DNA of 63,761 bases, counting the filler, from Desulfonatronovibrionaceae bacterium (GTDB lineage: Bacteria > Desulfobacterota > Desulfovibrionia > Desulfovibrionales > Desulfonatronovibrionaceae), in the NCBI GenBank assembly GCA_046539845.1. It is 3 parts of 3 records of this genome, joined end to end, with 100 filler letters (N's around TTAATTAATTAA, not from the genome) between each part and the next. Parts side by side here need not be neighbours in the genome. Positions count along the whole stretch, not along the records: positions 1 to 26,105 come from JBKHGE010000032.1; 2 more parts are not named here. One strand, given 5' to 3'. Position 1 is the stretch's first letter; each line of letters opens with the position of its first letter. The position numbers and the translations under genes are program-made. Positions 10,014-19,433 of this stretch are shown piece by piece. The notes beneath the pieces are model-generated. The model made no database searches and was not told where the DNA came from. It saw only the letters and a list, made by a program, of their open reading frames with translations.

Positions 10014-11261
10014 CTAAAAGCAGGCATCTTCCAGCCCGATCAGGTCGATATACATCTCCCGTCTTCTGGCTACGGTGACCTCTTCCCCGTCCACCAGGAG
10101 CTCAGCGGCCCGGGTCCGGGAATTGTACTGCGAGGACATCCCGAATCCATACGCCCCGGAAGAAAACACAGCCAAAAGATCCTCCGGCTCCAATGCGGGC
10201 ATCTCCCGGTCCTGGGCCAGAAAATCGCTGGACTCGCAAATCGGGCCGACAATATCCATTTTTATGTCCGCGGCTCCCATTTCCCGGACCGGCGCGATAC
10301 GGTGATAGGCCTGATACAATGAAGGCCGGATAAGGTCGTTCATGCCCGCGTCCACAACCGTAAACTCCTTGAGTTCGGTCTGTTTGGTATACAGAACCCG
10401 GGTGACCAGTATCCCCGCGTTTCCGGAGATTACCCGGCCCGGCTCTAGAATAAGCTTCAGTCCGGAATCTTTAAGGCTTTCAGTTAAGGCTTCGCCCAGT
10501 TCCACCGGATGCGGGGGTTCTTCCTCGTCATAGGTGATTCCCAGGCCGCCGCCCAGGTCCAGATATTTAATGTCCAGACCGATGTCAGCCAGCCGGGAGT
10601 GAAAACCTTTTATCCGCTCCAGGGCCTCCAGAAAAGGGGATATGGACGTCAGCTGCGAGCCTATATGGCAGTCGATCCCCAGCGGCTCAATATGTTCGAG
10701 TTCCTTGGTTCGCTTGTAGATCTCCAGGGCCCGGTCCATATCCACCCCGAATTTATTCTTCTTAAGCCCGGTGGAGATATACGGATGGGTCTTTGGGTCC
10801 ACGTCCGGATTTATGCGCACGCTGATCCGGGCCGTTTGATTCAGCCCGGCGGCGACCTGATTTATTTTTTCCAGTTCCTGGTCCGATTCCACGTTGAACA
10901 TAAGGATATTGGCCAGAAGGGCCTCCTGGATCTCGTTCTCCCTTTTGCCCACCCCGGAGTAGACGATTTTCTGTGGATCAATACCCGCCTTGAGTGCTCG
11001 AAAGAGCTCACCTCCGGAGACAACATCCGCCCCGGCGCCCATCTTGCCCAAAAGGCGCAAAACACACAGATTGGAGTTAGCCTTGGCCGAATAACAGGTC
11101 AGATGGTCCAGGCCGGAAAACGCGGAGTCAAAGGCCTGAAAATGTCTTCTCAAAGTCCGGGCGGAATACACATACAAAGGGGTATCGTATTCCTGAACCA
11201 GTTTGCGCACCGGGATGTCCTCGGCATACAATTCTCCATCCCTGTATTGGAAGTAATGCAT
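10014..11261 (-). CDS. lysA: diaminopimelate decarboxylase
   Basis: YSAKAN (PLP Lys), HIGSQ, LDLGGG, EPGR, GPICESSD, SQYNSR. Confidence 0.97.
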   Translation of the reverse strand: MHYFQYRDGELYAEDIPVRKLVQEYDTPLYVYSARTLRRHFQAFDSAFSGLDHLTCYSAKANSNLCVLRLLGKMGAGADVVSGGELFRALKAGIDPQKIVYSGVGKRENEIQEALLANILMFNVESDQELEKINQVAAGLNQTARISVRINPDVDPKTHPYISTGLKKNKFGVDMDRALEIYKRTKELEHIEPLGIDCHIGSQLTSISPFLEALERIKGFHSRLADIGLDIKYLDLGGGLGITYDEEEPPHPVELGEALTESLKDSGLKLILEPGRVISGNAGILVTRVLYTKQTELKEFTVVDAGMNDLIRPSLYQAYHRIAPVREMGAADIKMDIVGPICESSDFLAQDREMPALEPEDLLAVFSSGAYGFGMSSQYNSRTRAAELLVDGEEVTVARRREMYIDLIGLEDACF

Positions 11262-11263
11262 TT

Positions 11264-11707
11264 TTACTCCTTTCTTTTTTTCTCCGGGGAAAAGACCCGG
11301 GTTTCAGCATCATTGATCTGCGAATGAATATTTTTCCCCAGAATTCGAAAACGATAATCTGAATCCAGATCCAGACCACAGACCTGCAGATGGAGGATAT
11401 CCCCAAGGATATCCATCTGGGCAGAGTTCCTAGACAAGGTAAAGGATTGGGTGGCCTGGAATGGACAGGTGGGACAGGCCGCCTCTTTCCCTATATCTTC
11501 TGCCTCCAAGACCACAGCGGACAGATTGTCGGCCCGTCCGGAAACGCGGGCCTGTACCTGTAGACAATCCCTGACCCGGGTGGCGTTTTCCACTTGGAGA
11601 CTGAAGACCTCTTCCTTAACAATCGGGGAGGGCCATTCCTTCTTTCCACAGGCCAACACCGCGGTTAGACTAAAAATCAAAATAACTACGGTACGGTATC
11701 TAAGCAT
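11264..11707 (-). CDS. putative lipoprotein
   Basis: Hydrophobic leader with lipobox VLAC followed by GKKEWPSP; CPTCP motif; start ATG 11707 (ORF open to 11725). Confidence 0.75.
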   Translation of the reverse strand: MLRYRTVVILIFSLTAVLACGKKEWPSPIVKEEVFSLQVENATRVRDCLQVQARVSGRADNLSAVVLEAEDIGKEAACPTCPFQATQSFTLSRNSAQMDILGDILHLQVCGLDLDSDYRFRILGKNIHSQINDAETRVFSPEKKRKE

Positions 11708-14357
11708 ATTTCTTTTTCCATTCATGCAGGATGTTCAGCGCATCCACCGGTGTGATGGCCTCAGGATCGACCCGCTTGAGTTCCTCTAACAAAGGATGCC
11801 CGGGGGCCTCTTTTTGACTATTTTGTTTTTTTTCTGATCCATCCAGACCGGGGAGTACAACCCGGGCGTCCTTTTTACGCACCCACTTCCCTGGCCCGGT
11901 ACCCTTTTTCTCCAGACCGGAGAGGATATCCTTGGCCCTTTTCACCACCGGGCCGGGGACCCCGGCCAGCCTGGCCACTTCAATCCCGTAACTCTTGTCC
12001 GACGGACCGGGGACCATACGCCGCAAAAAAACTATACTCCCTTTCCATTCCTTGACCGCCACGTTGAAATTGCGAATGGACCCAAATTTATCGGCCAGAG
12101 CGGTCAATTCGTGATAATGAGTGGCAAAAAGCGTTCTTACCCCCCCGTATCTGACGGCCAGATCCTCAGCCACTGCCCAGGCCAGGGATAATCCATCAAA
12201 AGTGCTTGTTCCCCGGCCGATCTCATCCAAAATGACCAGACTCTTTTTTGTGGCCTGACGCAGGATGCGGGCGGTTTCGGTCATCTCCACCATGAACGTG
12301 CTCTGGCCCATGGCCAGATTGTCTGAAGCCCCCACTCTGGAAAAGACCCGGTCGCAGAGACCGATTTCGGCTCTGTCCGCAGGCACGTAGGACCCCATCT
12401 GGGCCATTATGGTGATGATCGCGGTCTGGCGGAGAATAGTGGATTTTCCGGACATATTCGGTCCGGTGATGATGAACAGCCTGGCCCCTTCATCCATCAC
12501 CAAGCTGTTGGGGATGTAGTTGGACCTGCCCTGGACCGCCTCGATCGCTGGATGCCGTCCGGACTTTATCTCCAGGCGCATATCCCTGGCGAGCTTTGGT
12601 CTGTTCCAGTGCCATTTGCGGGCGGCAAAGGCCAGGGCCTGCCAGTAGTCCAGGCTGGACAGGGCGCTGGAGACAGCGGCGAACCTGGCTCTGAAACCGG
12701 CCACCTGCTGCCTGAGGGAGTTGAAGAGTTCGTATTCCTTGGCCTTGCGTCGCTCGGACGCGGAAAAAAGGGTATCCTCGAGCTGCTTGAGCTCCGGAGT
12801 TATGTACCGTTCACTGGAGACCAGGGTCTGTCTGCGCTCGAAATGTGCAGGCACTGCGCCCTTGTACGCCTTGGATATCTCCAGATAGTAGCCGAAGACT
12901 TTGTTAAAACCCAGCTTCAGCTTGGGGATATCGTTTTCCTGCTTTTCCTTCTCCAGAAGCTGCTGCAGACGGGATTCTCCGTGCTCGGTAAGGTCTATGA
13001 GCTCGTCCAGCTCCCGGTCAAAACCGGTTTTGAAAAGGCCGCCTTCGGTTATCAAATGATTGGGGTTGTCCAAAAGGGAGTCCTTCAGGAGACAATAGAC
13101 TTCCTCAAGGTCGTCCCAATGATTCAGGATCTCGTTAACCAGCCGGGGCAGTTCCCGGCAAAAGGGGCTTAAATGGGAGTAAATCTCCGGGAGGACTTCC
13201 AGGCTGCGGCGCAGACTGACAAAGTCCTTGGGCGTGCACCTGTTCAGATATATACGGGTAGCCAATCTTTCCAGGTCATAAACACTGTCCAGCAGGCCGC
13301 GCAGCCCGGAACGGAGTTCGTCTTTGGCGTGGAAAAAAGCCACTGCCTCCTGATTTTCGCTTACCGGGGTCATGTCTTTCCAAGGCTGACGCAGCCTGGT
13401 CTCCAGGAGACGGCCGCCCATAGGGGTCAGGGTCTGGTCCAAAACACTCCACAAGGTCCCGGGACCTGTTTTGCCGTCCATGCGCCGGAAGAGCTCCAGA
13501 TTGCGCTCCGTAACCTCATCCAAAAGGAGGAAATCACCCGGATTCAGAGGGCGGAATTGATCCAAAGGACAGGCGGACTGTTTCTGGGTATTTTTAAGAT
13601 AGACTAGGACCGCCCCGCAGACGCGAACCAATACCGGCTTATCCCCAAGGTCCAAAACTTCCAGGGAGCCTACCTCCTGGGTCTTGTATAAAAGCTCTTC
13701 AGCGGCTGAATAGTCAAAATAGAAAGGGGAGTGGACCCGATTGATTGCGGCAGAAAAGTCCGGATACTCGTCAAGCAGGTCTTCGCCCCTGGACATGAGT
13801 ATTTCTTTGGGTTTGACCTTGACCAGCCATTGCTTGAGGGTCTGTCTGGATCTACTTTCCAGGCCGGTCCAATAACCGGTGGAAAAATCCGCCCAGGCCG
13901 CCGCCCCTTTACCCGCCTCCTCATCCCAAAAAAAGGCGGCCAGGTGATTATGCTCCTTGGCCTTCAGGCTGAGGTCCTCAACCACAGTGCCCGGGGTGAG
14001 GATCCGGGTCACCGCTCTTTGCACCAGTCCCTTGGCCTGGGCAGGGTCCTCGATCTGGTCGCAGATAGCCACTTTGTAACCCTTATCTAAAAGCTGGCGC
14101 AGATATTCCTCACAGGCATGATGCGGCACGCCGCACATGGGGACATTGAGGTCGGCATTGGGATTGCGGGAAGTCAGGGTGATCTGCAGTTCGCGGGCTG
14201 CTTTTTCCGCATCCTCAAAAAAGAGTTCGAAAAAATCTCCCATACGGAAAAAGAGCAGGACTCCGGGATTTTCTTCCTTTATCCGCAGATACTGCTCCAG
14301 CATGGGGGTCAGTCGACCCGAAAGCCGTCTTTTAAAGCCGGAATACTTCTCAGTCAT
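11700..14357 (-). CDS. mutS: DNA mismatch repair protein MutS
   Basis: TPMLEQY, FRMGDFFELF, PMCGVP, Walker A GPNMSGKST, STFMVEM, DEIGRGTST, ATHYHEL, SYGIEVARLAG. Confidence 0.98.
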   Translation of the reverse strand: MTEKYSGFKRRLSGRLTPMLEQYLRIKEENPGVLLFFRMGDFFELFFEDAEKAARELQITLTSRNPNADLNVPMCGVPHHACEEYLRQLLDKGYKVAICDQIEDPAQAKGLVQRAVTRILTPGTVVEDLSLKAKEHNHLAAFFWDEEAGKGAAAWADFSTGYWTGLESRSRQTLKQWLVKVKPKEILMSRGEDLLDEYPDFSAAINRVHSPFYFDYSAAEELLYKTQEVGSLEVLDLGDKPVLVRVCGAVLVYLKNTQKQSACPLDQFRPLNPGDFLLLDEVTERNLELFRRMDGKTGPGTLWSVLDQTLTPMGGRLLETRLRQPWKDMTPVSENQEAVAFFHAKDELRSGLRGLLDSVYDLERLATRIYLNRCTPKDFVSLRRSLEVLPEIYSHLSPFCRELPRLVNEILNHWDDLEEVYCLLKDSLLDNPNHLITEGGLFKTGFDRELDELIDLTEHGESRLQQLLEKEKQENDIPKLKLGFNKVFGYYLEISKAYKGAVPAHFERRQTLVSSERYITPELKQLEDTLFSASERRKAKEYELFNSLRQQVAGFRARFAAVSSALSSLDYWQALAFAARKWHWNRPKLARDMRLEIKSGRHPAIEAVQGRSNYIPNSLVMDEGARLFIITGPNMSGKSTILRQTAIITIMAQMGSYVPADRAEIGLCDRVFSRVGASDNLAMGQSTFMVEMTETARILRQATKKSLVILDEIGRGTSTFDGLSLAWAVAEDLAVRYGGVRTLFATHYHELTALADKFGSIRNFNVAVKEWKGSIVFLRRMVPGPSDKSYGIEVARLAGVPGPVVKRAKDILSGLEKKGTGPGKWVRKKDARVVLPGLDGSEKKQNSQKEAPGHPLLEELKRVDPEAITPVDALNILHEWKKKYA

Positions 14358-15450
14358 TGAGCTTGATTCTGAAGGCTATGGAATGCCAGCTGTGGCAGCG
14401 GGGACATACAAAAAAAACCTGTTCTCTTTTTAGACCGCAGTGAGTACAGACAAAACGCTTTACCAGCCGGGCCTTTTCCAGAAAAAAATCCAGCTGGGTC
14501 TTGAAAGTACTGGTCAAGTCCTGTTCCCCGGCGCTTATGGACAAAAGCTCCAAGCGAGCGGGCCAGAACTCCGGATCCAAAACCAGAGACTTCTCCAGCC
14601 CCTGTAAAGCGGTGTGATTGTCCCCGGCCTTGAGGCTGAGGACCGCGTGATAGTAATGCAGTAACGAATCCTCGATATGTCCGGCCAAAACCCGGCCCAC
14701 AACCGAAACTATCCTGGAGCAGGCCTCGGAATCACTCTTTGTCCCGCTTTTACTTACATGGGAGACAAGCCCCTGCAGCAGGACGAAAGACAGACGCGGG
14801 GCCACCCGCTCCAGGCCTTGACACAGATCTTTCTCCAAAAGTTTCCAGTTCCGGGCGGTTACATCCCGGCGAATCTTTTCCAGCCAAGCTTCGGGTGAGG
14901 GCGGATATATTTTCAGGGCCCGCTCCAGCTGCTTGTCCCGGCTGTCTGCATCCCGGGCCCCCAGGACCAAATAATGCGCCTGGGGGATGGGATCATGCAG
15001 CTGGCTGAAAATCTCCGCGGCCTGGCGGTAATCTTTGCTCTCGGCAAAAATAGAGGCCATGGTCCGCAGTATGGCCGGTTCATCCCCGGCGGTCAGGCGG
15101 GCATTCTCCAGAGAGGAAAGGGCCCGGTCCAGAAGGCCGGCCCGCTTGAAGTCAATGCCCAGTTCATACCAGGCCCGAGCCTTGAACTGGGCATCCAGAT
15201 TGGGCCTTGCGATTATGTTCTGCCTTATGTGCAAAGCCCGTTCAATGTCCCCGCGGGAACGATAAAGATTGCCCAGAGCCAGATATATCTCCACCGCATC
15301 CGGATTGTTCCGGACCACCCGGCTCAAATCGTTGATAGCCGTTTGGGTGTCCTTGGTGGTCAGGCTGTCCCCGCCGGCCATATCCCGGAAAAGGGCCCTG
15401 GACTCCCGCTTCAGACCGAATTTATTCCTGAATCTGCGAAACAATGTCAT
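14350..15450 (-). CDS. LapB-like TPR protein with C-terminal rubredoxin-type CxxC..CxxC
   Basis: LALGNLYRSRGDIERALHIRQN, DFKRAGLLDRA, C-terminal CTHCG..CPRCHSW; downstream of a LapA-like gene. Confidence 0.8.
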   Translation of the reverse strand: MTLFRRFRNKFGLKRESRALFRDMAGGDSLTTKDTQTAINDLSRVVRNNPDAVEIYLALGNLYRSRGDIERALHIRQNIIARPNLDAQFKARAWYELGIDFKRAGLLDRALSSLENARLTAGDEPAILRTMASIFAESKDYRQAAEIFSQLHDPIPQAHYLVLGARDADSRDKQLERALKIYPPSPEAWLEKIRRDVTARNWKLLEKDLCQGLERVAPRLSFVLLQGLVSHVSKSGTKSDSEACSRIVSVVGRVLAGHIEDSLLHYYHAVLSLKAGDNHTALQGLEKSLVLDPEFWPARLELLSISAGEQDLTSTFKTQLDFFLEKARLVKRFVCTHCGLKREQVFFVCPRCHSWHSIAFRIKLND

Positions 15451-15468
15451 TCCGGGTGCCGGGTTGCA

Positions 15469-15819
15469 TCAACTGCGATCGCTCATTTGCTCATCAGTAT
15501 GGAATCCGGACTCCTCCAGGGGCATATTGCGCAGGGAATTGAGTTCCTTTTCCAGATTGGCAACCTTGTGCCTGTATTGTCTGATTTGTCTGGTAGTCCT
15601 GAATTTCTCCACAAAAAAGTAGGCCACTGTAAGCAGGGCGCCCACGGCAAAGGCGATCAAGACCAGAAGATAGAAGGGAAACTCTTTGCTGATGAACTCG
15701 GTCTCGAACAGGTTCAGGCGCAAGGAAAGAGTCTGGGAGAGGACATCAGTATTCTGGACAAAAAAGAGCATGGAGAAAAAGAAAATGGCCACAAAGACAA
15801 TGATCTTTACAAAGCGCAT
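15469..15819 (-). CDS. LapA-family membrane protein
   Basis: Two TM helices, FFVQN motif, C-terminal coiled coil LEKELNSLRN; AAGGAGG RBS. Confidence 0.8.
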   Translation of the reverse strand: MRFVKIIVFVAIFFFSMLFFVQNTDVLSQTLSLRLNLFETEFISKEFPFYLLVLIAFAVGALLTVAYFFVEKFRTTRQIRQYRHKVANLEKELNSLRNMPLEESGFHTDEQMSDRS

Positions 15820-16044
15820 AACCCCTCCTTAAGATAGAGTTGATGGAATCACCGGTCCGGGACCGGATATTTAAATGCATTCATAGGTCCGCAGCAAGGA
15901 ATCCTTTGCTTCTTCAATGGCAGTAAAGCGGCATTAAGGGCAACCTCTTTCTATCCTGATAAGTATATTCAGGCCTTGAACTTTTTAAGTCGCCATTGAG
16001 GTCTTTGAACGGCCTGGGTTACAAGGTTTTTTTTCAATCCTCAG

Positions 16045-16533
16045 TCAGATCTCGACTTTATCGAAATACGGCTTCAATTTGCCGTAGGTCTTTTGCAAGT
16101 GCTCGGGAATGACCATGGTCTCGTCCATAACCGCCATAAAGGAATGGTCCCCCACCCAGCGGGGGAGGAGATGGTAATGGAGGTGCTCCCTGATCCCCGC
16201 CCCAGCGGCCTCACCTATATTCAGACCGATATTTACGCCCTGAGGATTGAATTCCTCCTTCAGTATCCGGGTACAAACCAAAAGCCAGTCCATGATCTCC
16301 CGGGACTCATCTTTTGAGAGTTCGGTCAAACACTGCACGTGCCTGAAGGGGGTAACCATTATATGGCCGGTGTTGTACGGGAACTTGTTCATGATAACAA
16401 AACAGGTCTTTGCCCGTTTCAACACCAACCGCTCTCTATCCTCAGCAGTGTGTTCTGGAAGACAAAAAACGCATTCGTCCGGTTTAGGCCCCAGGATGTA
16501 CTCGATGCGCCACGGGGCCCACATGGTTTTCAT
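16045..16533 (-). CDS. HIT-family hydrolase
   Basis: MWAPWR, CVFC, NKFPYNTGH, GEAAGAG, histidine triad HLHYH; start trimmed to ATG 16533. Confidence 0.92.
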   Translation of the reverse strand: MKTMWAPWRIEYILGPKPDECVFCLPEHTAEDRERLVLKRAKTCFVIMNKFPYNTGHIMVTPFRHVQCLTELSKDESREIMDWLLVCTRILKEEFNPQGVNIGLNIGEAAGAGIREHLHYHLLPRWVGDHSFMAVMDETMVIPEHLQKTYGKLKPYFDKVEI

Positions 16534-16709
16534 TATTAATATCCCTTGTTTTAAAATCCGCTGCACAAGGGCGGCACCCCGGGCGCGGGTTCATTTTCTT
16601 CGAAAGCAATCTTTCGGGTACCGGCCGCAATATGGCCGGACCGCGTTCGTACGGTAAATTAATTAGTTAAATTATAGGGGAAGTTTGGTCAAGAACAAGG
16701 ATGTGCGGG

Positions 16710-16745
16710 AAAATATCCGGACCGCCCCCTTTGGGCGGCCCGGAT
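16710..16745 (-). terminator. intrinsic terminator of the candidate sRNA
   Basis: Minus strand ATCCGGGCCGCCC-AAAGG-GGGCGGTCCGGAT-ATTTT: 13-bp stem with one G-U pair and a short U tract. Confidence 0.7.
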
Positions 16746-16846
16746 TATTAGGAGGGGGAGTGATAGAAGAGGAGGTTGGTCCCCTGATCACAGAGGTCTA
16801 TCCTGTCCAAACAGGAAATGGCCCCTGCGGTCATGAAGTCCTGTAT
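16710..16846 (-). ncRNA. candidate sigma54-dependent trans-acting sRNA (~137 nt)
   Basis: Lies between a sigma54 promoter and a terminator. 5' irregular hairpin closed by TCCTGT-TTGG-ACAGGA; unpaired AACCTCCTCTTCTATCACTCCCCCTCCTAAT linker; no RBS-led ORF. Ends are estimated. Confidence 0.65.
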
Positions 16847-16856
16847 CTATAATTTT

Positions 16857-16873
16857 AGCAATTATCATGCCGA
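16857..16873 (-). promoter_or_regulatory. sigma54 (-24/-12) promoter
   Basis: Minus strand TCGGCATGATAATTGCT = GG-N10-GC, close to consensus TGGCACG-N4-TTGCW; divergent from a sigma54 activator operon. Confidence 0.75.
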
Positions 16874-17012
16874 ATCCAACAAGCCCGCCGGTTTCCGATG
16901 TGCAGGCTTTTTACCGGACTCATCACTCCCCGCCTGCAAACTTTGATTGGCAGGCGGGGAACTTATTGCTACACTGGCAAAGAGAACAAAACTGTTCTAT
17001 TGGACCCAAGTT

Positions 17013-19433
17013 ATGCGCCTGAAACAACCCTTGAGCCTGCAATCCAAATTCCTGGCCGGCCTTGCCTTTATTGCCGTCATCTTGGGGTGTCTGTTTATGG
17101 GGATTTTATATTTTCATATGCAGAGCCTGCTGGTTTCCCAGATAAGTGACAAAGCCAACCTGGCCCTTACCCAGGCTAATTCGGTCCAGGAGTATGTCCG
17201 GAGCGTGCTTCGGCCCAGGCTGTTCAAGGAATTTCCCAAGCACAAATTCGTGATCCAGGCCATGTCCTCCTCGTATGTCTCACGCAAGGTCATGGAAAAA
17301 ATGGAAGGGGAAAACAAAGGATTTTATTATCGACGGGTGGCCCTTAACGCCAGAAACAAAAAGTATTCCCCGAATAAGATGGAAAAGGATCTGATCCGCT
17401 ATTTCCAGGAAAATCCCCACCTGAAACATTTTGAGGGATTCAAACAGTTCAAGGGCCTTGAGTACTATTTTTCCGCCCGGCCGGTAAAATTCACCAAATC
17501 CTGTATGCATTGCCACGGCGATCCTGCAGACGCCCCGGAGGAACTGATAGCCAAATACGGCAACAAAAGGGGATTCGAATACGACCTGAACAGGATAGCC
17601 GGAGCTGTAGTGGTCGGATTCCCGGTTCAGGCCTCAGTGAAAAGGATAAAAGACATCACCCTGGGGTATATGGTCTTATATTTGGCCTGCGTGCTCCTCT
17701 TCTTTACGCTTATAAGCATTTATTTTCAAAGACTCGTTGTCCACAACCTGCACCGGGTGACCGGTATTTTTCGCAGGCACTTCTCCGAACCTCAGGATGT
17801 GGAGATCCTGGACAGCCTCAAAGGTAAAGACGAGATAGAGGAGCTAGTCTGGGGAGTGGAGACCCTGGCCGACCACCTGCAGAATACGCGGCGCAAACTG
17901 CAGGAATATGCCGGCAACCTGGAGGAGATGGTCAACGAAAGAACCAGAGACCTGAGCCGGGAGGTCACCGAACGGCACAAAGACGTGCATTTGTTCATCC
18001 GATTTTTGAACTGCCTGAATATCCGTTCTGAAGTACACAGTCTTTTGGACGCGGCCCTGGAGAACATATACGCTCGCTACGATTTGCAGTATGCCGCCTA
18101 TATCGACGCCCAGCCTCCGCAAAAGGTCTACCTCTGGCCTATAGAGGCCAGATTGGACAAGGTCTCATATACAGATATCAGCGCAAAAATGGGCCCCGAT
18201 TCGGTGCTAAAGAAAAACAGGCTTACCTATGTAAAGGTCCGCTCCCAGGAGACGGTCTGGGGAATTCTGATTCTGGCCTGGAAGACTGAGGATGGGCACG
18301 GCCCGGAAAAGAGCCGGGATCTTTTGGACGCTTTGGGGCAGCAACTGGGCATCGCCCTAGAAAATATCCAGTCTTTATATGAGGTAATGTATCACTATGA
18401 AATGCTGCAGACCTTGTTTGACGGCATCTCCGACCCCCTATTTCTGGTCGAAGAACACGGCTGGGTGCGCATGGCCAATCAGGCGGCCCGAGAGCTGGAC
18501 AGCAGCCTGCAGGACGATGGCACATTCATGGATTTCTTGAATACCGGGGAGGCAGACAAAGCTGGCGTGCTGACTGCGTGCCTGGATGCACAGAAACCCT
18601 GGGCCAGCGACGTACGCCTCCCGGATGGGAGATCGTTCTGGGTCAGCGTGTATCCTCTGCCTGCCCCGGGCAATATGCAGCGCCGAGCCGTGCTTTACGC
18701 CCGGGAAAATACTGCGGAAAAAGAAATGGTGGACCGGATGCAACGGGCGGAAAAGCTGAGCGCTGTGGGCAAACTGGCCGCCGGACTGGCCCATGAGATA
18801 AACAATCCCCTTGGAGTGATTATCTGCTATGTGGACCTCTTGCGCTCCAATATTGAGAACGAGGAGGGCTTGTCCGATCTGGAGGTCATAAAGAAGCACG
18901 CCGGGCATGCCCAGAAAGTGCTTCAGGACCTCTTGAATTTCGCTCGTCCCAAGCCGGCCCTTACTACCGGCAAATGCGATCTGAACCGGCTCATTAACAG
19001 CTCCATGCATGTGTTCCAAGTCCAGGCCGAACGCAGGGGAGTGGAACTGGCTGCGGACCTGCATCCCGAGCTCCCGGTGCTGGAATACAGCAGCAACGCA
19101 TTCGACCAGATACTGACTAATCTGCTTTTGAACGCGCTGGACGCGGTGGAGGAAAACACCGGCCGCATCCGGATAAGCACCGCCTTAAGCAAAGACAAAA
19201 GCTGGATATTGTTGACTGTTGCAGATAATGGTCCGGGAATAGAAGAAAAAGTCAAAGAGCATCTGTTCGATCCCTTTTATACCACCAAGGAAGTCGGTCA
19301 GGGCACCGGGCTGGGCTTGGCAGTGGTTTACGGGCTTGTCCAGGAACTCGGAGGCAAGATAGAGGTAAAAAACAGTGGCGGGGCCGTATTCACTATATAC
19401 ATCCCCTGCGAGAGCAAAAAGAATGAGCAGTAA
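17013..19433 (+). CDS. sensor histidine kinase with periplasmic c-type heme (DUF3365/Tll0287-like) domain, HAMP, GAF-like, PAS-like, HisKA, HATPase
   Basis: Periplasmic CMHCHG between two TM helices; H-box AHEINNPL, N-box NLLLNALDA, DNGPGI, FDPFYTTK, GTGLGL; start ATG 17013 (ORF open from 16947). Confidence 0.93.
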   Translation: MRLKQPLSLQSKFLAGLAFIAVILGCLFMGILYFHMQSLLVSQISDKANLALTQANSVQEYVRSVLRPRLFKEFPKHKFVIQAMSSSYVSRKVMEKMEGENKGFYYRRVALNARNKKYSPNKMEKDLIRYFQENPHLKHFEGFKQFKGLEYYFSARPVKFTKSCMHCHGDPADAPEELIAKYGNKRGFEYDLNRIAGAVVVGFPVQASVKRIKDITLGYMVLYLACVLLFFTLISIYFQRLVVHNLHRVTGIFRRHFSEPQDVEILDSLKGKDEIEELVWGVETLADHLQNTRRKLQEYAGNLEEMVNERTRDLSREVTERHKDVHLFIRFLNCLNIRSEVHSLLDAALENIYARYDLQYAAYIDAQPPQKVYLWPIEARLDKVSYTDISAKMGPDSVLKKNRLTYVKVRSQETVWGILILAWKTEDGHGPEKSRDLLDALGQQLGIALENIQSLYEVMYHYEMLQTLFDGISDPLFLVEEHGWVRMANQAARELDSSLQDDGTFMDFLNTGEADKAGVLTACLDAQKPWASDVRLPDGRSFWVSVYPLPAPGNMQRRAVLYARENTAEKEMVDRMQRAEKLSAVGKLAAGLAHEINNPLGVIICYVDLLRSNIENEEGLSDLEVIKKHAGHAQKVLQDLLNFARPKPALTTGKCDLNRLINSSMHVFQVQAERRGVELAADLHPELPVLEYSSNAFDQILTNLLLNALDAVEENTGRIRISTALSKDKSWILLTVADNGPGIEEKVKEHLFDPFYTTKEVGQGTGLGLAVVYGLVQELGGKIEVKNSGGAVFTIYIPCESKKNEQ

